Shown: in pieces, positions 9,715 through 22,000 of the stretch
How the letters are laid out: each line of letters begins with the position of its first letter
How positions within the stretch are numbered: position 1 is the stretch's first letter
IMG/VR virus record: IMGVR_UViG_3300005512_000037
Location: 1 to 58,442 of that record
Origin: a virus
Lineage: Duplodnaviria; Caudoviricetes
Length of the DNA stretch: 58,442 nucleotides
Strand: one strand, 5' to 3'
Position numbers and translations under genes: made by a program
The notes under the pieces: model-generated
Databases searched by the model: none
Seen by the model: only the letters and a program-made list of their open reading frames with translations
Told to the model about the DNA's origin: nothing

Positions 9715-10187
9715 GTAACTTTAAATTAAGCCGACGCAGCTTAGACCGTCTTGAGGGTATCGACGAGGGGCTGCAAGAAGTTGTGAAGATGGCTATTACG
9801 CTCACTAGGACCGATTTCGGAGTGGTGCAAGGAATGAGAACCGTCGAACAACAGAAGGAGTTGGTCGCTAAAGGTGCCAGTAAAACGATGAAGTCGAAGC
9901 ACCTTGAGGGTAAGGCTTTTGACATTATGGCGTTTGTAAATGGCAGAGCGAGTTGGGAGTTGAATTTGTACGATGACCTAGCCGATGCGATCAAAGAAGC
10001 TGCTACCGTGCTTGGCGTACCGATTTGTTGGGGCGCAGCGTGGGGTACACCTGATATGCCGTATCCTATGGACATCCGTAAGTGGGAAGGCACGATGGAA
10101 GAAGCTATGAATGCCTACATTGACCTACGTCGATCTCAAGGTCGCAGACCATTTATTGATGGTCCACACTTTGAATTGATAGGCTGA
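9711..10187 (+). CDS. Endolysin, peptidase M15 (L-Ala-D-Glu peptidase)
   Basis: FKLSRRS...LEG, G-x-RT-x-E-x-Q, SKHL-x-G-x-A-x-D, DGPHFEL zinc-ligand motifs. Confidence 0.9.
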   Translation: MSNFKLSRRSLDRLEGIDEGLQEVVKMAITLTRTDFGVVQGMRTVEQQKELVAKGASKTMKSKHLEGKAFDIMAFVNGRASWELNLYDDLADAIKEAATVLGVPICWGAAWGTPDMPYPMDIRKWEGTMEEAMNAYIDLRRSQGRRPFIDGPHFELIG

Positions 10188-10225
10188 TCGTTTGATGATA
10201 CAGTGAGAGAAATACTGAGGTAAAT

Positions 10226-11728
10226 ATGCTCCCGTTTCTATTTAGTTTAGGATTACCCGCTCTTGCACCAACTCTTGGCATTACAGGTATGTCAGGTGCG
10301 GCTCTCGCTGGTCTTGGCGCAGGGCTTGGTTCGTTTATGGAAACAGGTGATGTTGGTAAAGGCATCAAAACAGGTTTGCTTTCGTTCCTTGGCGGTAAAG
10401 TTCTTGGCGGTATGGGTGGCGGTGTAGCAGGATTACAAAACTCTGCAGCACAAAACGCCGTGCTATCAGGTCAGGCGCAAGCAGCTATGGCACAACCGCA
10501 GTTTTTAGAGGCGGTTACAAATGCTGGGGTTACAGCCCCAATGTCGGGTATGATCGGAAACGAAGCAGCATCTGCAATTCTACAGCCTGGGGTCATGACC
10601 GCTGCCACTATAGGTTCTGCAGCAGGTGCAATGGATCAAGGCGATGGTCGTGAGGATGAAGACGATGATAAATTCATCCCACCTATGCCGAACCCGCCGA
10701 AACGCACAGCTACTTTTGGTGACCCATTAGCAAGTAGTAAGGAAATAGACTACTTCGACTACTCGTTTGCTCCACAACCTGACTTAGAAGACCCGTACAT
10801 TGACTACGGTACAGCACAACAAAACTACCGTAATCGTGGTCAGGTTCAGCGTAGACGTGGTGGCGGATTGATGAGTCTTGGCGGACCATTTCAAGCGGCT
10901 ACGCACCCTATGTTCTCTGGACTACAGAGCAGCATGACTCAGGCTTTGCAGCAAGATGCACGACAAAAGGTTGGCCCCTTCATACAGAAGGTAGAACAGG
11001 ATGCTCGTGCTGAGTTCGGAGATGCTATCTTCCAGCCTCAAGCTGGATATTTAGGTTTACAACAGCAGCCATTTTTTGAGTTAGCAAAGCCTGCGATTGA
11101 CTTCGCTCGCATTCCTGAAATGGACCTAAGCCGACCCAAGCGTCTTCCACAAGAAGAGTATACTCTTCTTGCAGAGCTTCAAGCAGCGAACGCTGTAAAT
11201 GGGGGACCGCAGCCTGTTGAGATTGGGCCAATAACGTCTCGTGGTGGTAAAGGTCACGGCTTGAGACCAGGCAGCATGTTCCAGAGTGCGCTAGGCTTTG
11301 CTGAGGGCGGCGAAGTCGAATCCATGAATGAGAAAGACATCATCTTAGAGTCTATCATGGCTATCAAAGGCATGAAGGGTGAAGCAGAAGCGCAGATGGT
11401 TTTAGGCGCGTTTCTAAAAGAATACGGCGAAGAAGCGTTACGTGATTTAGTAGAATCCGTGCAGTCTGGTGAGTATGATGACACCGTTGCACGTTTTGCA
11501 GAGGGTGAAAAAGGTATGGTTCGTGGGCCTAGCGATGGGTCTGGTGGAGATGATAAAGTACCTGCTACACTAGATAATCAGCAAGATGTTTTGCTGACTG
11601 AAGGCGAATTTGTTATTCGCAAACCGACCACTGATGCACTTACAAAAGCGTATGGTGGTGGCTTTTTAGATAAGATCAACGAAGCCGAAGAAGATGCACC
11701 AAAAGTGCTGGAGAAAATGGTGGGATAA
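10226..11728 (+). CDS. Internal virion/ejection protein
   Basis: Hydrophobic Gly/Ala-rich N-terminus; C-terminal GP-x-DG-x3-D-x-VPA-x-L...LTEGEFVI motif. Confidence 0.6.
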   Translation: MLPFLFSLGLPALAPTLGITGMSGAALAGLGAGLGSFMETGDVGKGIKTGLLSFLGGKVLGGMGGGVAGLQNSAAQNAVLSGQAQAAMAQPQFLEAVTNAGVTAPMSGMIGNEAASAILQPGVMTAATIGSAAGAMDQGDGREDEDDDKFIPPMPNPPKRTATFGDPLASSKEIDYFDYSFAPQPDLEDPYIDYGTAQQNYRNRGQVQRRRGGGLMSLGGPFQAATHPMFSGLQSSMTQALQQDARQKVGPFIQKVEQDARAEFGDAIFQPQAGYLGLQQQPFFELAKPAIDFARIPEMDLSRPKRLPQEEYTLLAELQAANAVNGGPQPVEIGPITSRGGKGHGLRPGSMFQSALGFAEGGEVESMNEKDIILESIMAIKGMKGEAEAQMVLGAFLKEYGEEALRDLVESVQSGEYDDTVARFAEGEKGMVRGPSDGSGGDDKVPATLDNQQDVLLTEGEFVIRKPTTDALTKAYGGGFLDKINEAEEDAPKVLEKMVG

Positions 11729-12154
11729 GTGAGAATAAGTGCTGTTCCGAAAGAGACAGTCAAGTATGTATGGAAGGACGTTGAAAGGGTACTAGAGAAA
11801 AGTGTTGATACAGCCGAAGGTAAAGTAAGGCTGATCGATGTTCTAAAGGGAGTATTAGACGACACTTACGTTCTCTGGGTAGTATTTGAAGGCGAGGAGA
11901 TTATCGCTGCAATAACTACGAGAATAATCGAATACCCACAACGAAGAGGCATGGCACTTGACTGGGTTGGTGGAAGTAGGATGAAAGAGTGGCAGAATAT
12001 GGCAATAAATAAAATTTCAGAGTTTGCGGCTTTGAATAATTGCCAACACCTAGAAGGCTACGGACGTAAGGCTTGGGGCCGCACACTAAAGAAAAATGGG
12101 TTTTACCCAGAATACATTGCGTATCGCATGGAGATAGAAGATGGGCAAAGGTAG
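11729..12154 (+). CDS. GNAT-fold acetyltransferase-like protein
   Basis: LWVV...AAITT...GG-x2-MKEW...C-x2-LE-x-YGRK-x-W-x-R; usual position among podovirus ejection genes. Confidence 0.55.
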   Translation: MRISAVPKETVKYVWKDVERVLEKSVDTAEGKVRLIDVLKGVLDDTYVLWVVFEGEEIIAAITTRIIEYPQRRGMALDWVGGSRMKEWQNMAINKISEFAALNNCQHLEGYGRKAWGRTLKKNGFYPEYIAYRMEIEDGQR

Positions 12155-13652
12155 ACAGCCACAGCAGGTAGTACAGAATACAGGACTACCAGACTATGTT
12201 GATCCGTACTACAAGCGGCTCTTAAAAGGTGCCGAAGAAGCCACTATGCCTTTTGACCCCGAAACTGGGGAGTCTACTTATACACCTTACGGTCAAGAAC
12301 GCCTAACCAGCGGTGCCGACTACGCTGACATTACAGCATCACGAGATATGCTGCGCCGAACTGCAGGGTCAGGTATCCCAGGAATGACAGAGGCTGTAGG
12401 CACACAGATGGAAGGTATCGCGGGTATCCGTGGACTAGCCCAAAGGCCAACGGACTTTACTGCTTCTCGTTTCTCTGCAGCAAATGTATCTCCATATGCA
12501 GGGTTCCAAGCGGGTTCAGCCGATCCATATGCAGGGTTTCAAGCGGGTCAGGCTGATCCATTTAGTGATTTCCAGCAAGCTCAATTCCAAAAAGCTCAAG
12601 GTCAAGAGTTTCAATTTGACCCCGCTCGCCAGTTCACGGGTCAGGCTGTATCTGATTACATGGACCCATATATGCAGAATGTGGTCGATCTGCAGAAACG
12701 CGAAGCGATTAAAGACTTTGATCGTCAGCAAGCAGGTAGAGATGCGGCTGCAGTTCAAGCGGGTGCATTTGGAGGTTCTCGTCAAGCCGTAGCTCAGAGC
12801 ATGGCAGATCAAAATCTACAGCAAAGACTTGGTGATATTCAGCAGGTAGGTAGTCAAGCAGCATTTGACCGTGCAATGCAGATGTTTGAGTCTGATCGTG
12901 CGGCACAAATGGATGTCGATGCTCGTCGTGCGCAGGAAGCAGCGCGAGTTCAGGGTATTGATGTTGGTGAGACAGGCCGTACTCAGACAGGTGCAGCCGC
13001 AGAGATGGCTCGTACACAGGCTGCAAGAGCCGCAGAGATGGCAAGAACGCAGGGCATTAGTATTGACGAGGCTCGCAGGATTCAGGAGTCTGAGGCCGCT
13101 GAACTTGCTCGTACACAAGGTATTGGTCTTGATGAAGCTGCTCGCATCCAAGCGGCTCAGGCTGCGGAACTTGCCAGAACTCAGGGTATCGATGTCTCAG
13201 AGCAAGCTCGTGTTCAGGCGGCAGATGCAGCAGAACAAGCTAGGATACAAGCGGCGTTGGAAGCGCAGCGTTATGGAACTGCAGGTCTATATGGAGACTT
13301 GATGGGCGCAGGTCGTGGCCTGCTTGGACTTGGTGAACTAGCTCGTGCTACAGATATCCAAGACGCACAGCTACTTGAAACTCTTGGTGGAAGCATACGC
13401 GCCGAAGATCAGGCTAAACTTGACCTTGCGTATCAGGACTTCTTGAGACAACAAGACTACCCCATGAGTCAATACGAACGCTTTGCGGGTATACTTACAG
13501 GTACTCCTACAGGAAATCTGGATGTATCCAGAACTACTTATGGGGCATTTAACCCAATTCAGGCTGCGTTGGGGACGGGCCTATCAGCACTTGGACTATA
13601 TAGAGGTCTAGGCGGCGGCTACGGTGGCGGTTACGGCGGAGGAATGCAATGA
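12141..13652 (+). CDS. Internal virion/DNA pilot protein
   Basis: YMDPY-x-QNVVD, AGAFGGSRQ, Q-x2-LD-x-AYQDF-x2-QQDYP motifs; helical repeats. Confidence 0.65.
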   Translation: MGKGRQPQQVVQNTGLPDYVDPYYKRLLKGAEEATMPFDPETGESTYTPYGQERLTSGADYADITASRDMLRRTAGSGIPGMTEAVGTQMEGIAGIRGLAQRPTDFTASRFSAANVSPYAGFQAGSADPYAGFQAGQADPFSDFQQAQFQKAQGQEFQFDPARQFTGQAVSDYMDPYMQNVVDLQKREAIKDFDRQQAGRDAAAVQAGAFGGSRQAVAQSMADQNLQQRLGDIQQVGSQAAFDRAMQMFESDRAAQMDVDARRAQEAARVQGIDVGETGRTQTGAAAEMARTQAARAAEMARTQGISIDEARRIQESEAAELARTQGIGLDEAARIQAAQAAELARTQGIDVSEQARVQAADAAEQARIQAALEAQRYGTAGLYGDLMGAGRGLLGLGELARATDIQDAQLLETLGGSIRAEDQAKLDLAYQDFLRQQDYPMSQYERFAGILTGTPTGNLDVSRTTYGAFNPIQAALGTGLSALGLYRGLGGGYGGGYGGGMQ

Positions 13653-16087
13653 ACATCTTAGAGCAATCTGAAACGCTTAAAGATATCCCTGAACAAGTTC
13701 TGATGAAAGAAATGCAGATGCCTAGTGGGTCGTTCCCGCAGTATCTTGTGTTGACTGAAATCAAACGCCGTAAACGTATCCGCGACGACTTTCAAAGACG
13801 ACAAGCACAGGACGTACCTACCGTAGCTGAAGAAGCAGTTACAGCGGCAGGTATACCCCAAGAAGGCATCATGCAGATGTCTAAAGCGATGGCCCCTAAA
13901 ACAAATATGGGCCAGAACACAGGCATGGCAGATATGATGCCGAAACAGCCTGTCATGGGGATGAACCAAGGTGGCTTTATGCAAAATCTTATGGATCGTA
14001 GAGGGCTTGTAGGCGATACACGTCTTGGTGATAAATTCCCATTTAATGCTATGGGGTTCGGTTCAGGCGAACGCTTTGAAGATATTGAAAGTGCATTTGA
14101 GCCTGTAGAGCCGTTTCCTATTAACGACCCTAACCCACGCGCCCGTGGTTTGTGGATGTCAAAGTACAAAGATACTCACAATCTGGACGGTACGCCTAAA
14201 TTCACAGACCCTAATCTTGCTGACTCTAAAGGCATTGCAAGTTTACGTGCACCAGAATCAGACAATCAAGCTCCAGACATTGCAACGCAGACGCAAGCCG
14301 CGCTTTATGCTGCGCAAGGGGCTGACCGAGATGTACCACGTAGTCAACCACCACAGCCTGATATTGGCATGGATGATATTGCACCAGATATATCAAAATC
14401 TAACATCGATGCCCTTATGGAGTTAGGTAGTATAGGTTCTGGTAATGAACAGGCTATCAGAGATACATTGCCTGGAGTTATACGTGGCGACGAGTTGTTA
14501 CGTAGTCGTGGATCAGCCGCACTAAACGCAGTAAATGACCCAACTATTTCCGATATAGTTCCTCAGCTAGGCGCGGTTACAGACGATGCTCCATTTACTG
14601 GGATTTCCGCTTCTAATCTTGAAGCACTTATGGGAACAGCAAGTATCGGGTCTGGAAACGAACCTGCAATTCGGGACACCCTTCCTGAAGTTATTCGTAA
14701 CAACGAACTACTTCGTAGTCGTGGCACGGCATCTGTTGGAGCGGCTAGTGATCCTGGCATTGCTGGTTTGGATGACGCCAATCAACTAACAGACCCAACG
14801 CTTCGTTCTATGGACGCACTTATTGACAGGACAGAGCGGTACGCTGGTCCAGAGAATGCTCTTGAGATAGATCGCGGTACGCCTAGTGAACCCGCTACCA
14901 GAGCGGTAGGTACGGTTGGGTTTGGGTTTAACGATCTTACTGAAAGTGATTTGCTGCGTAGGCAGGCTGGTATTGATCGGCGAGCCGCCGAAGAAGACGC
15001 TCAACGTGAAATCGTATCACAACTAATGAGAGAAAACCAAGCCGCGTATGAGGAGGCGTCTAGCCCACAATCAATCGGCGATCAGATGATTGCTAGAGGT
15101 TTTACTGGTGGAGATATTGACCCTACTCGTTTCCCAACAGCGGAAGAACGAGAAATAGCGCAAAGCATTGGGGCCATCAATGATTTCGGTGAATATTTAG
15201 CTCGCCCCAAAACAGGTGAAGGGTATGTCAGTGGGATGACAATCGAAGAAAAGATTGCCGACCCTATAGAGGCTACACGCCGTCTATTTGGTTTGGGTAG
15301 GGGAGCTATCTCTGGAATGACACTCGACGAAAAGATTGCCAACCCTAGAGAGGCTACACGCCGTCTACTTGGTTTTGGCGCAATTGATACTACGCCTGAG
15401 ACTAAAACTGCTGCTTCCAATATACCAGAACTTTCCTTTGGTGCAGGGACTGCAGGAGCAGGAAACCTACCACTTAGCTTAGGTGCAGAAGCGGCGGCGA
15501 CAGCGGCTAGAGCGCAAAACATCCCAGTAAATATCGGTGGTACAACGATCAAACCGTCTACGACGATTAAAAAGTCTACGACCACTGCAGGTGCAGCAGG
15601 TACAGGGTCGCTTGAGTCTCGTATTGCTAAAGCTATCGCGGACCGTGAAAAACGCGCCGAATCTGATAAGTGGTTAGCACTTGCACAGACAGGTCTAATG
15701 ATGGCTTCTGGCGATCCAGCAGACTTGTCAAAAGCAGGGCAGGCAGGGTTGAAAGCACTAACAACTGCACGTGCGCAGAAAGACAAGTTCGACGCAGATA
15801 TGTTAGGTCTACAGCAGCGGATCGACGCTTATAAAGCGCGTATTGCAGCGGCAGCGTCTGGAAAGAAAGTGGATACAATGTCCGCAGCGGACGTAAACGT
15901 GTTCCAAGATAGATACAAACTAGCCGTAGAGGCAGCGCGAGAGAACCCATCCTCCGAAAACATAGACGCTGTAAAAGCTGCAAAAACATTAGCAGATAAG
16001 GCACTGGCTCTATTCTCTGCACAACAAGGCTTCTCTATGCCTGCTACTGCGTCATCTGGACGAACAGCAAGTAACGTATCTGACTAA
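13649..16087 (+). CDS. Internal virion protein
   Basis: PQYLVL-x-E-x2-RR N-terminus, internal duplications, located in the ejection gene block. Confidence 0.55.
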   Translation: MNILEQSETLKDIPEQVLMKEMQMPSGSFPQYLVLTEIKRRKRIRDDFQRRQAQDVPTVAEEAVTAAGIPQEGIMQMSKAMAPKTNMGQNTGMADMMPKQPVMGMNQGGFMQNLMDRRGLVGDTRLGDKFPFNAMGFGSGERFEDIESAFEPVEPFPINDPNPRARGLWMSKYKDTHNLDGTPKFTDPNLADSKGIASLRAPESDNQAPDIATQTQAALYAAQGADRDVPRSQPPQPDIGMDDIAPDISKSNIDALMELGSIGSGNEQAIRDTLPGVIRGDELLRSRGSAALNAVNDPTISDIVPQLGAVTDDAPFTGISASNLEALMGTASIGSGNEPAIRDTLPEVIRNNELLRSRGTASVGAASDPGIAGLDDANQLTDPTLRSMDALIDRTERYAGPENALEIDRGTPSEPATRAVGTVGFGFNDLTESDLLRRQAGIDRRAAEEDAQREIVSQLMRENQAAYEEASSPQSIGDQMIARGFTGGDIDPTRFPTAEEREIAQSIGAINDFGEYLARPKTGEGYVSGMTIEEKIADPIEATRRLFGLGRGAISGMTLDEKIANPREATRRLLGFGAIDTTPETKTAASNIPELSFGAGTAGAGNLPLSLGAEAAATAARAQNIPVNIGGTTIKPSTTIKKSTTTAGAAGTGSLESRIAKAIADREKRAESDKWLALAQTGLMMASGDPADLSKAGQAGLKALTTARAQKDKFDADMLGLQQRIDAYKARIAAAASGKKVDTMSAADVNVFQDRYKLAVEAARENPSSENIDAVKAAKTLADKALALFSAQQGFSMPATASSGRTASNVSD

Positions 16088-16096
16088 GAGGTTGAT

Positions 16097-19000
16097 ATGG
16101 GCATTTACCAATACGACGATCCAATTACGGGTAAAGGTTACGACTTTACCATCAAAGGTGATGCCCCTAGCGACACAGAATTTGCGAGAATATCCCAACT
16201 AATAAAAGGGGATCGCGCAGCTTACGAACAGCAGTTCCAACAGTTTACAGGTCAAGAGCTAGAAGTTGACCAAGAAAGCGCGGTGCGCCGTGGATTACGC
16301 CGTGGTTATCAGCAGATTAAACAAGCGGTTGGTGAGACTGTCGGGACTATCGGCGAAGAATCAGGGCTTGGATTTCTAGCTAACTACGGTCAAGACACTG
16401 AAGAAAAAGCTGGGCAGCGGCTTGGCGAACTCATGATCGAACAGCCAGATCGGATGCAATCTACTGATGTAGAAGATGTCGGTTCCACGTTAACATATTT
16501 AGGTGAACTTGCTGGCGAGCAGCTTCCACAACTTGGCCTTGGCCTTGGTGCCGCCGCAATCGGTTCAGTTCTCGCCCCTGCTTCTCCGTTTATCGCAGGT
16601 GCAGCCACAGCAGCAGGTGCTAGTGCGCCTATCTTGTTTGGTAATAACGTACAACGCCAAGAAGATGAGGTTGCCGCAGGTAAGAAACAAGAGGTCGATC
16701 TAAACGCCGCTCTCGTAGCTACCTTTGGACAAGCTACGTTAGAAGGTATCTCTGACAGGATTTTGTTGGGGCTTCCAAAAGGGCTACGAACAACAGGTAA
16801 AAAGTTGTTCACACGTGTTGGATCACGTGCGGCGGGCGGTGGAACCACTGAGTCCCTGACTGAAGTCGGACAACAGATGATGGAACGGGCACAGGCAGGT
16901 CTGCCCATCGATAATGACGAAGCCATCGCAGAATACCGTGAAGCCGCTATTGCAGGTTTCCTAATCGGTGGCGGTGCACGTGTCACTCTAGGTGCCTTCG
17001 AAAGCGGACCCGATGATGTAACTCCGCCGAAACAAGACGCGGATGATGATGTAACTCCGCCGAAACAAGACGCGGATGATGAAGTAACGATAGAAGAGCA
17101 GGTAAATAGAGCCTTAGCTTCAGACTCACGCTTAACAGACCCAGAAATAAACGAAGATTTTATACGAGAAGAACTAGATCAAGAGTATTCTCCTGAAGTC
17201 CTTGAAGGGATTATAGCGGCAAAAAGATTGGCTACACCTTCTCCTGCACAACAACGAGAAGCTGACAACGCCGCAGACCCGACACCGCTTGCAGGTAAAG
17301 CAGAGCGCACCGAGGAAGAACGTGCATTAGAAACGGCTGAAACTGTAGATACGACTACAAACCAACAAGCTGCTATCGCAAAAGAATCTGAAAACAAGTT
17401 AAAGTCTGCCGCTAAAAAGACGCAGGATGTCATCAACAAATCAAAACCCGCAGGTGTTCAGGTTGAAGCTGAAGACAGAGCCGCTGCATTAGAAAGCGAG
17501 CAGACTGGCAAGCAGATCGAAGTAGATCAGACACCTAAGACTACAGAAACTGTAGAAACTGCAACATCAGAAGTAACTGAGGATAAGTTTACACCTGAGT
17601 ATGTAAAGAATGTACTTGGCATACAGCGTCCGAGAGCGCCGCTACTGCTTGCCGCAACAAAAGGTGATTTAAGTGGTAAATCTCTTGATGATCCAGCCGT
17701 AGTAAACCGTCTTGCTAATTATGTAAGTAATCGTGGAGCTGAATCAAACGCTGTGCTAACCTCAATGAAAGAACGAGGTTATGAGCATGACGGAAAGCAA
17801 TTCGTTAGACCTGAGTCCGAAGGAGTTGGAACAAGCGTTCCAGATAGTCAACCAAGCGTGGTTGGAAGCCGAGGGCGAGACAGTGGAGTTATCGATACCG
17901 CCGAACCTGCAGCACCTGACGCAGGACCAGTGGGAACAGATATGCTGGATACTGACGGAGTTGACGCTCCAACAGGAGTACAGCGAGATACACTGACAGA
18001 TGAAGAAAAAGCATTTGTTGAGCTGCATGAAAAATTCCCACTACCAGAAAATCAAGCGCGTTACGACGAGCTTGTGCAGAAGCGCGGCGATACAACCCCC
18101 GAAGCTGCACCAGAGGTTCCGCAAGAACAAGTTCAAGAGTTACAACAAGCCGTAGAACAAGCAACGGCTACACCAGTCGCGCCTCAACCCGCCACACAAG
18201 CACCTGCTACACCTGCTATGCAACAAGCGGCGATCCCAGGACAAACAACGGGTGCCGCAGCACAACAAATCCCTGCGCCTGTACCACCTGCACCGCGTCC
18301 CGAAGTAGAGCCTGTAGCCGTAGAGCAGCCACAACGACGTGGCAACGAATCCGAACTTAGTGCGCTATACCAAGAAAGACTAAATCAAAGTTTTGAGCAG
18401 ACGCCTCCTGATACTAAAGAGGGTAGAGCTACAGCAGTTGCACGGCAGTATTACCAAGAGCAGCAGCTTGAAAGCACTCAAAATGATCCCACATCAGCGA
18501 ATGATAAACTAAGCATTCTGCGGCTACCTTCTATCCAAAAGAATAAGCGCACTCACGAAGAAAAAGCTGCGATAATTTTCTTTGATCGGTTCCGTAGACC
18601 AGTAGATGCACTACAAGAAATCGGTGCCTTCGAGATTATTGGGCCGACCCAGTACACAGAAAAGAACTACAACGCGGACGAATACGCTTTTTACGCGGGT
18701 ATGACCCAAAAGAACGCACTAGCTGCACGTAAATGGGTCGATGCTAACCTGTCAAAGAATGCCAAAGACATTGTAGCAGCAGCGCGTAGACAAGCACGTA
18801 AAGATACCGCCAAGTTTAATCCTTCCGATGCTGAGATCGAAGCAGGGCGTAAGGCTAAAGAAGAAAACACTAACTTCCAAACTGAAGTCCATAGGCAGTT
18901 GGTTAAGCAGATAGTCGCGCGTAACAAAGAAGAAAAACTAGCGGTGTATATACCTAAACAAATCGCCGCACTACCTGAAAAGGTTAACAGAGACCTTACC

Positions 19001-22000
19001 CTTGATCTTGAAAAACTCACAGAAGAACAAATAGACGTTGCGTTCGATAAGTATTTACGTGATCCAGAAGCACTCAACTATTCGCAAGCCGAACTTGATG
19101 CACTGCCAGATCAAGAACTTGCCGATCATTACGATGCGTTTTTGTTTTCGATTGAACAAAAAATGTTCTTGGATGCGGACGCAGTTCACGGGCTAGACCT
19201 TGCCTTAACACCAAGTGTTCGTACTGCGCTTATGAACGGTAATCTGCAATCTGCTATTGATGGTATCGTCGTTACGAACCCCATCAAAAATATAAGCAAG
19301 CTCGCGGCTAAACTAGGCGGTGTTGTCGGTAACACTCAAGTACGTGTAGTAGACAACTTAGAACAAATCACGGGGCGCAATTCTGCTGGCTTGTTTGATC
19401 CCGAAACAAACACCATTCTAATCGATGCTAACAACGGCATGAACGTGCATACTATCATGCACGAGATGACCCACGCGGCGACATCTGCGGCCTTGGCAAA
19501 CCCATCTCTGCCAGAGGTAAAACAGCTTCAATCGTTGTTTAACGCGGTACGCGAACAATTCGGTGAAGTATACGGCACAGCAAACTTGGACGAGTTTGTT
19601 GCAGAAGCCTTCAGTAACCCTGAGTTCCAAAGTGCGCTTGCTCTTACCAAAGTAGATGGCGGTAAGATGACGGGCATAGAGAAGTTTTACAATGCCGTAA
19701 AACGTATCGTACGCAAAGTGCTAGGTCTGTCACCTTCACCAAGTGCGCTATCAGAAGTAGATCGGTTAGTCGAAGGACTGTTGGCCCCCGCCCCTGCTAC
19801 ACGTGCGGCACCTAGACTTCTTCTTGCAGCCGATAACAAAAAAGCGTCTGCAGGGTTACTTCAAAGCATAGCCAATGTTGTACCTGAAGCGACAAGAGAA
19901 TCAGCCGCCGACCTTAGCAGTGTTGTGTTAAATGAAAGCCTTGGTAAAACAGCCAAAAGCTGGACGCTAAACACACTACCTGTGAACATCTTGACAGACA
20001 TAGCGTCAAAGAAAATACCATTCGCCAAAGAGCTAAACATGCTGATCAACAAGCAGAGTGGTGCATTACGTCAGAAGTCTGAAGTTTTGGACTCTATGCT
20101 GAACAACCTGCATAAATGGCAGCGTAAGCACAAAGACCAAGCAAAGGTACTGAACAACATTATCCCACGCTCTACGTTCTTGAAGGTAGACCCATCACGT
20201 ACTGACCCAGAGTACATGAAAAAGATACGTGACGATAAACAGCGTTCAGCCGAGTACGATCAGCTACAGGCAGAGTACAATAAGTTAAACAAAGAAGGTC
20301 AAGCATTCTATCGTCAGATGCGTAATTACTTCCAAGATACGTACGACGATATCATCAGCGCATTGGATGCACGTTTAGATGCTACAATTCCTGACGCAGA
20401 AGTTAAGAAAAACGCTTTTGAGAAGCTACGTCAGTTACTACAAAAAGACACGGGCGTTATTCGTCCTTACTTCCCATTGATGCGTAAGGGTACTTACCGT
20501 TTATCCTATGTTGCGCTTGACCCCTTAAACCCAGAAAATCCAGTTGGCGAGCGTTTTGTAGAGTATTACCCAAACCTGCGTAAAGCGGAGCAAGCTAGAG
20601 CCAAAGTGCTTAGTCTAGGTGGAGACATCGACCCTGATATCGAACTTAGCGATGCAAGCAGTCCGATGAACTTTAGTAAAGTACCTAACACTGGGTTCAT
20701 ACGCGATATCCTTAACACAGTACAATTCAACGAAAAACTGTTTGAGACGAACGAGGGTTATCGTAAATTGATGCAGGAGATCGTCGATCTATCATTAGAC
20801 GCTATGCCAGAACGTTCATTTATGCAGAACTTCAGACGGCGTAAAGGTGTACGAGGCTTTATCGGCGACACCACACCGACAGGTATGGGTAATATGGACT
20901 TCGATGCCTACACTATGTTGAAAGAAAAAGGCCGTGACCTTAACCGTCAGCTTGTACAGTTAAAGTCTGCAGCAGAGATTGAGAAATTCCGTGCGAAGTT
21001 AAAACCTTATATGTCTGATCCAAGCACTGCTATGGAAGCCAAAAAGATAGATCAAATCGCTAGTTTTGCACAAAGTCCTAATCTGAATCGTGCTTCGCAA
21101 GTGATCAACAGCCTGGGCTTCGGTATGACTATGGGTCTCAACTTTTCGTCAGCCTTTATTACGTTCTTCGATGTGGCTATGAGTGCTATGCCTGTGCTTG
21201 CGGGTAGACACAAAATAGGTCCAACTACACGTGCATTTGGTACGGCAACCAGATTGATTGCAGGAGCACCTTCTACACGCACAGTCATGGCAACAGGTCC
21301 AGACGGACAGCCTGTGGCGCAAGAAGTCAACATGGGTACAGCAGGTAAGTCGATCTCTAACTACGACTTAAATAACTTGCCTGACATGCTGAAAGCTATT
21401 CGTGGTGATATCTTGATCCGTATGGGCATAGATCAAGGCCAGTTTAACCAGTCTATGACACAGGAGAACCTAGAGGTCGGACGTGATGCACCGTTAGAAA
21501 CATTCAACAAGTTTTCTAGCTTTATGTTCCACCACTCAGAACGCTTCAACCGCGAAACAACGCTCACTGCTGCTTACATGTTAGAAGTAAAGAAAATGCA
21601 GCAAGAGAAAAAAGGTCCGCTTACCGATGCAGACTATGAACAAGCGGCACAAGAAGCCATCAACCAGACAGAGTTCACTCTTGGTGCTACTGCCGCAGCG
21701 GGTCGTCCGATTGTAGCGCAAAACGCTTACGGTAACGTACTGTTCCTCTTCAAACGCTTCGCCATCTCTAAATACTATATGATGGCTAAACTAGCAAAAG
21801 AAGCCGCAGGTGGAGATAAAGCTGCACAGGCAGCGGCACGTAACTTCTTGGTTATGACAGGGCTGCTATCAGGGCTTGGTGGTATGCCGTTGATGGGCGG
21901 TATCGGTGCGATCTACAACATGTTTGCAGATGACGACGAGGATGATTTCGAAGCAGCGACACGTAAGCTGGTGGGCGAAGGTATTTACGGTGGGCTTGCA

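Noticed and set aside
10196-10204. Phage-specific late promoter consensus
   Set aside because: Only generic extended -10-like matches were found (10196, 50635, 50725), too weak to define a motif.
15082-16986. Long antisense ORFs (15082-15786, 16390-16986 and similar ones elsewhere such as 24257-24901 and 41298-41888)
   Set aside because: Shadows of real genes on the opposite strand, with no recognisable motifs.
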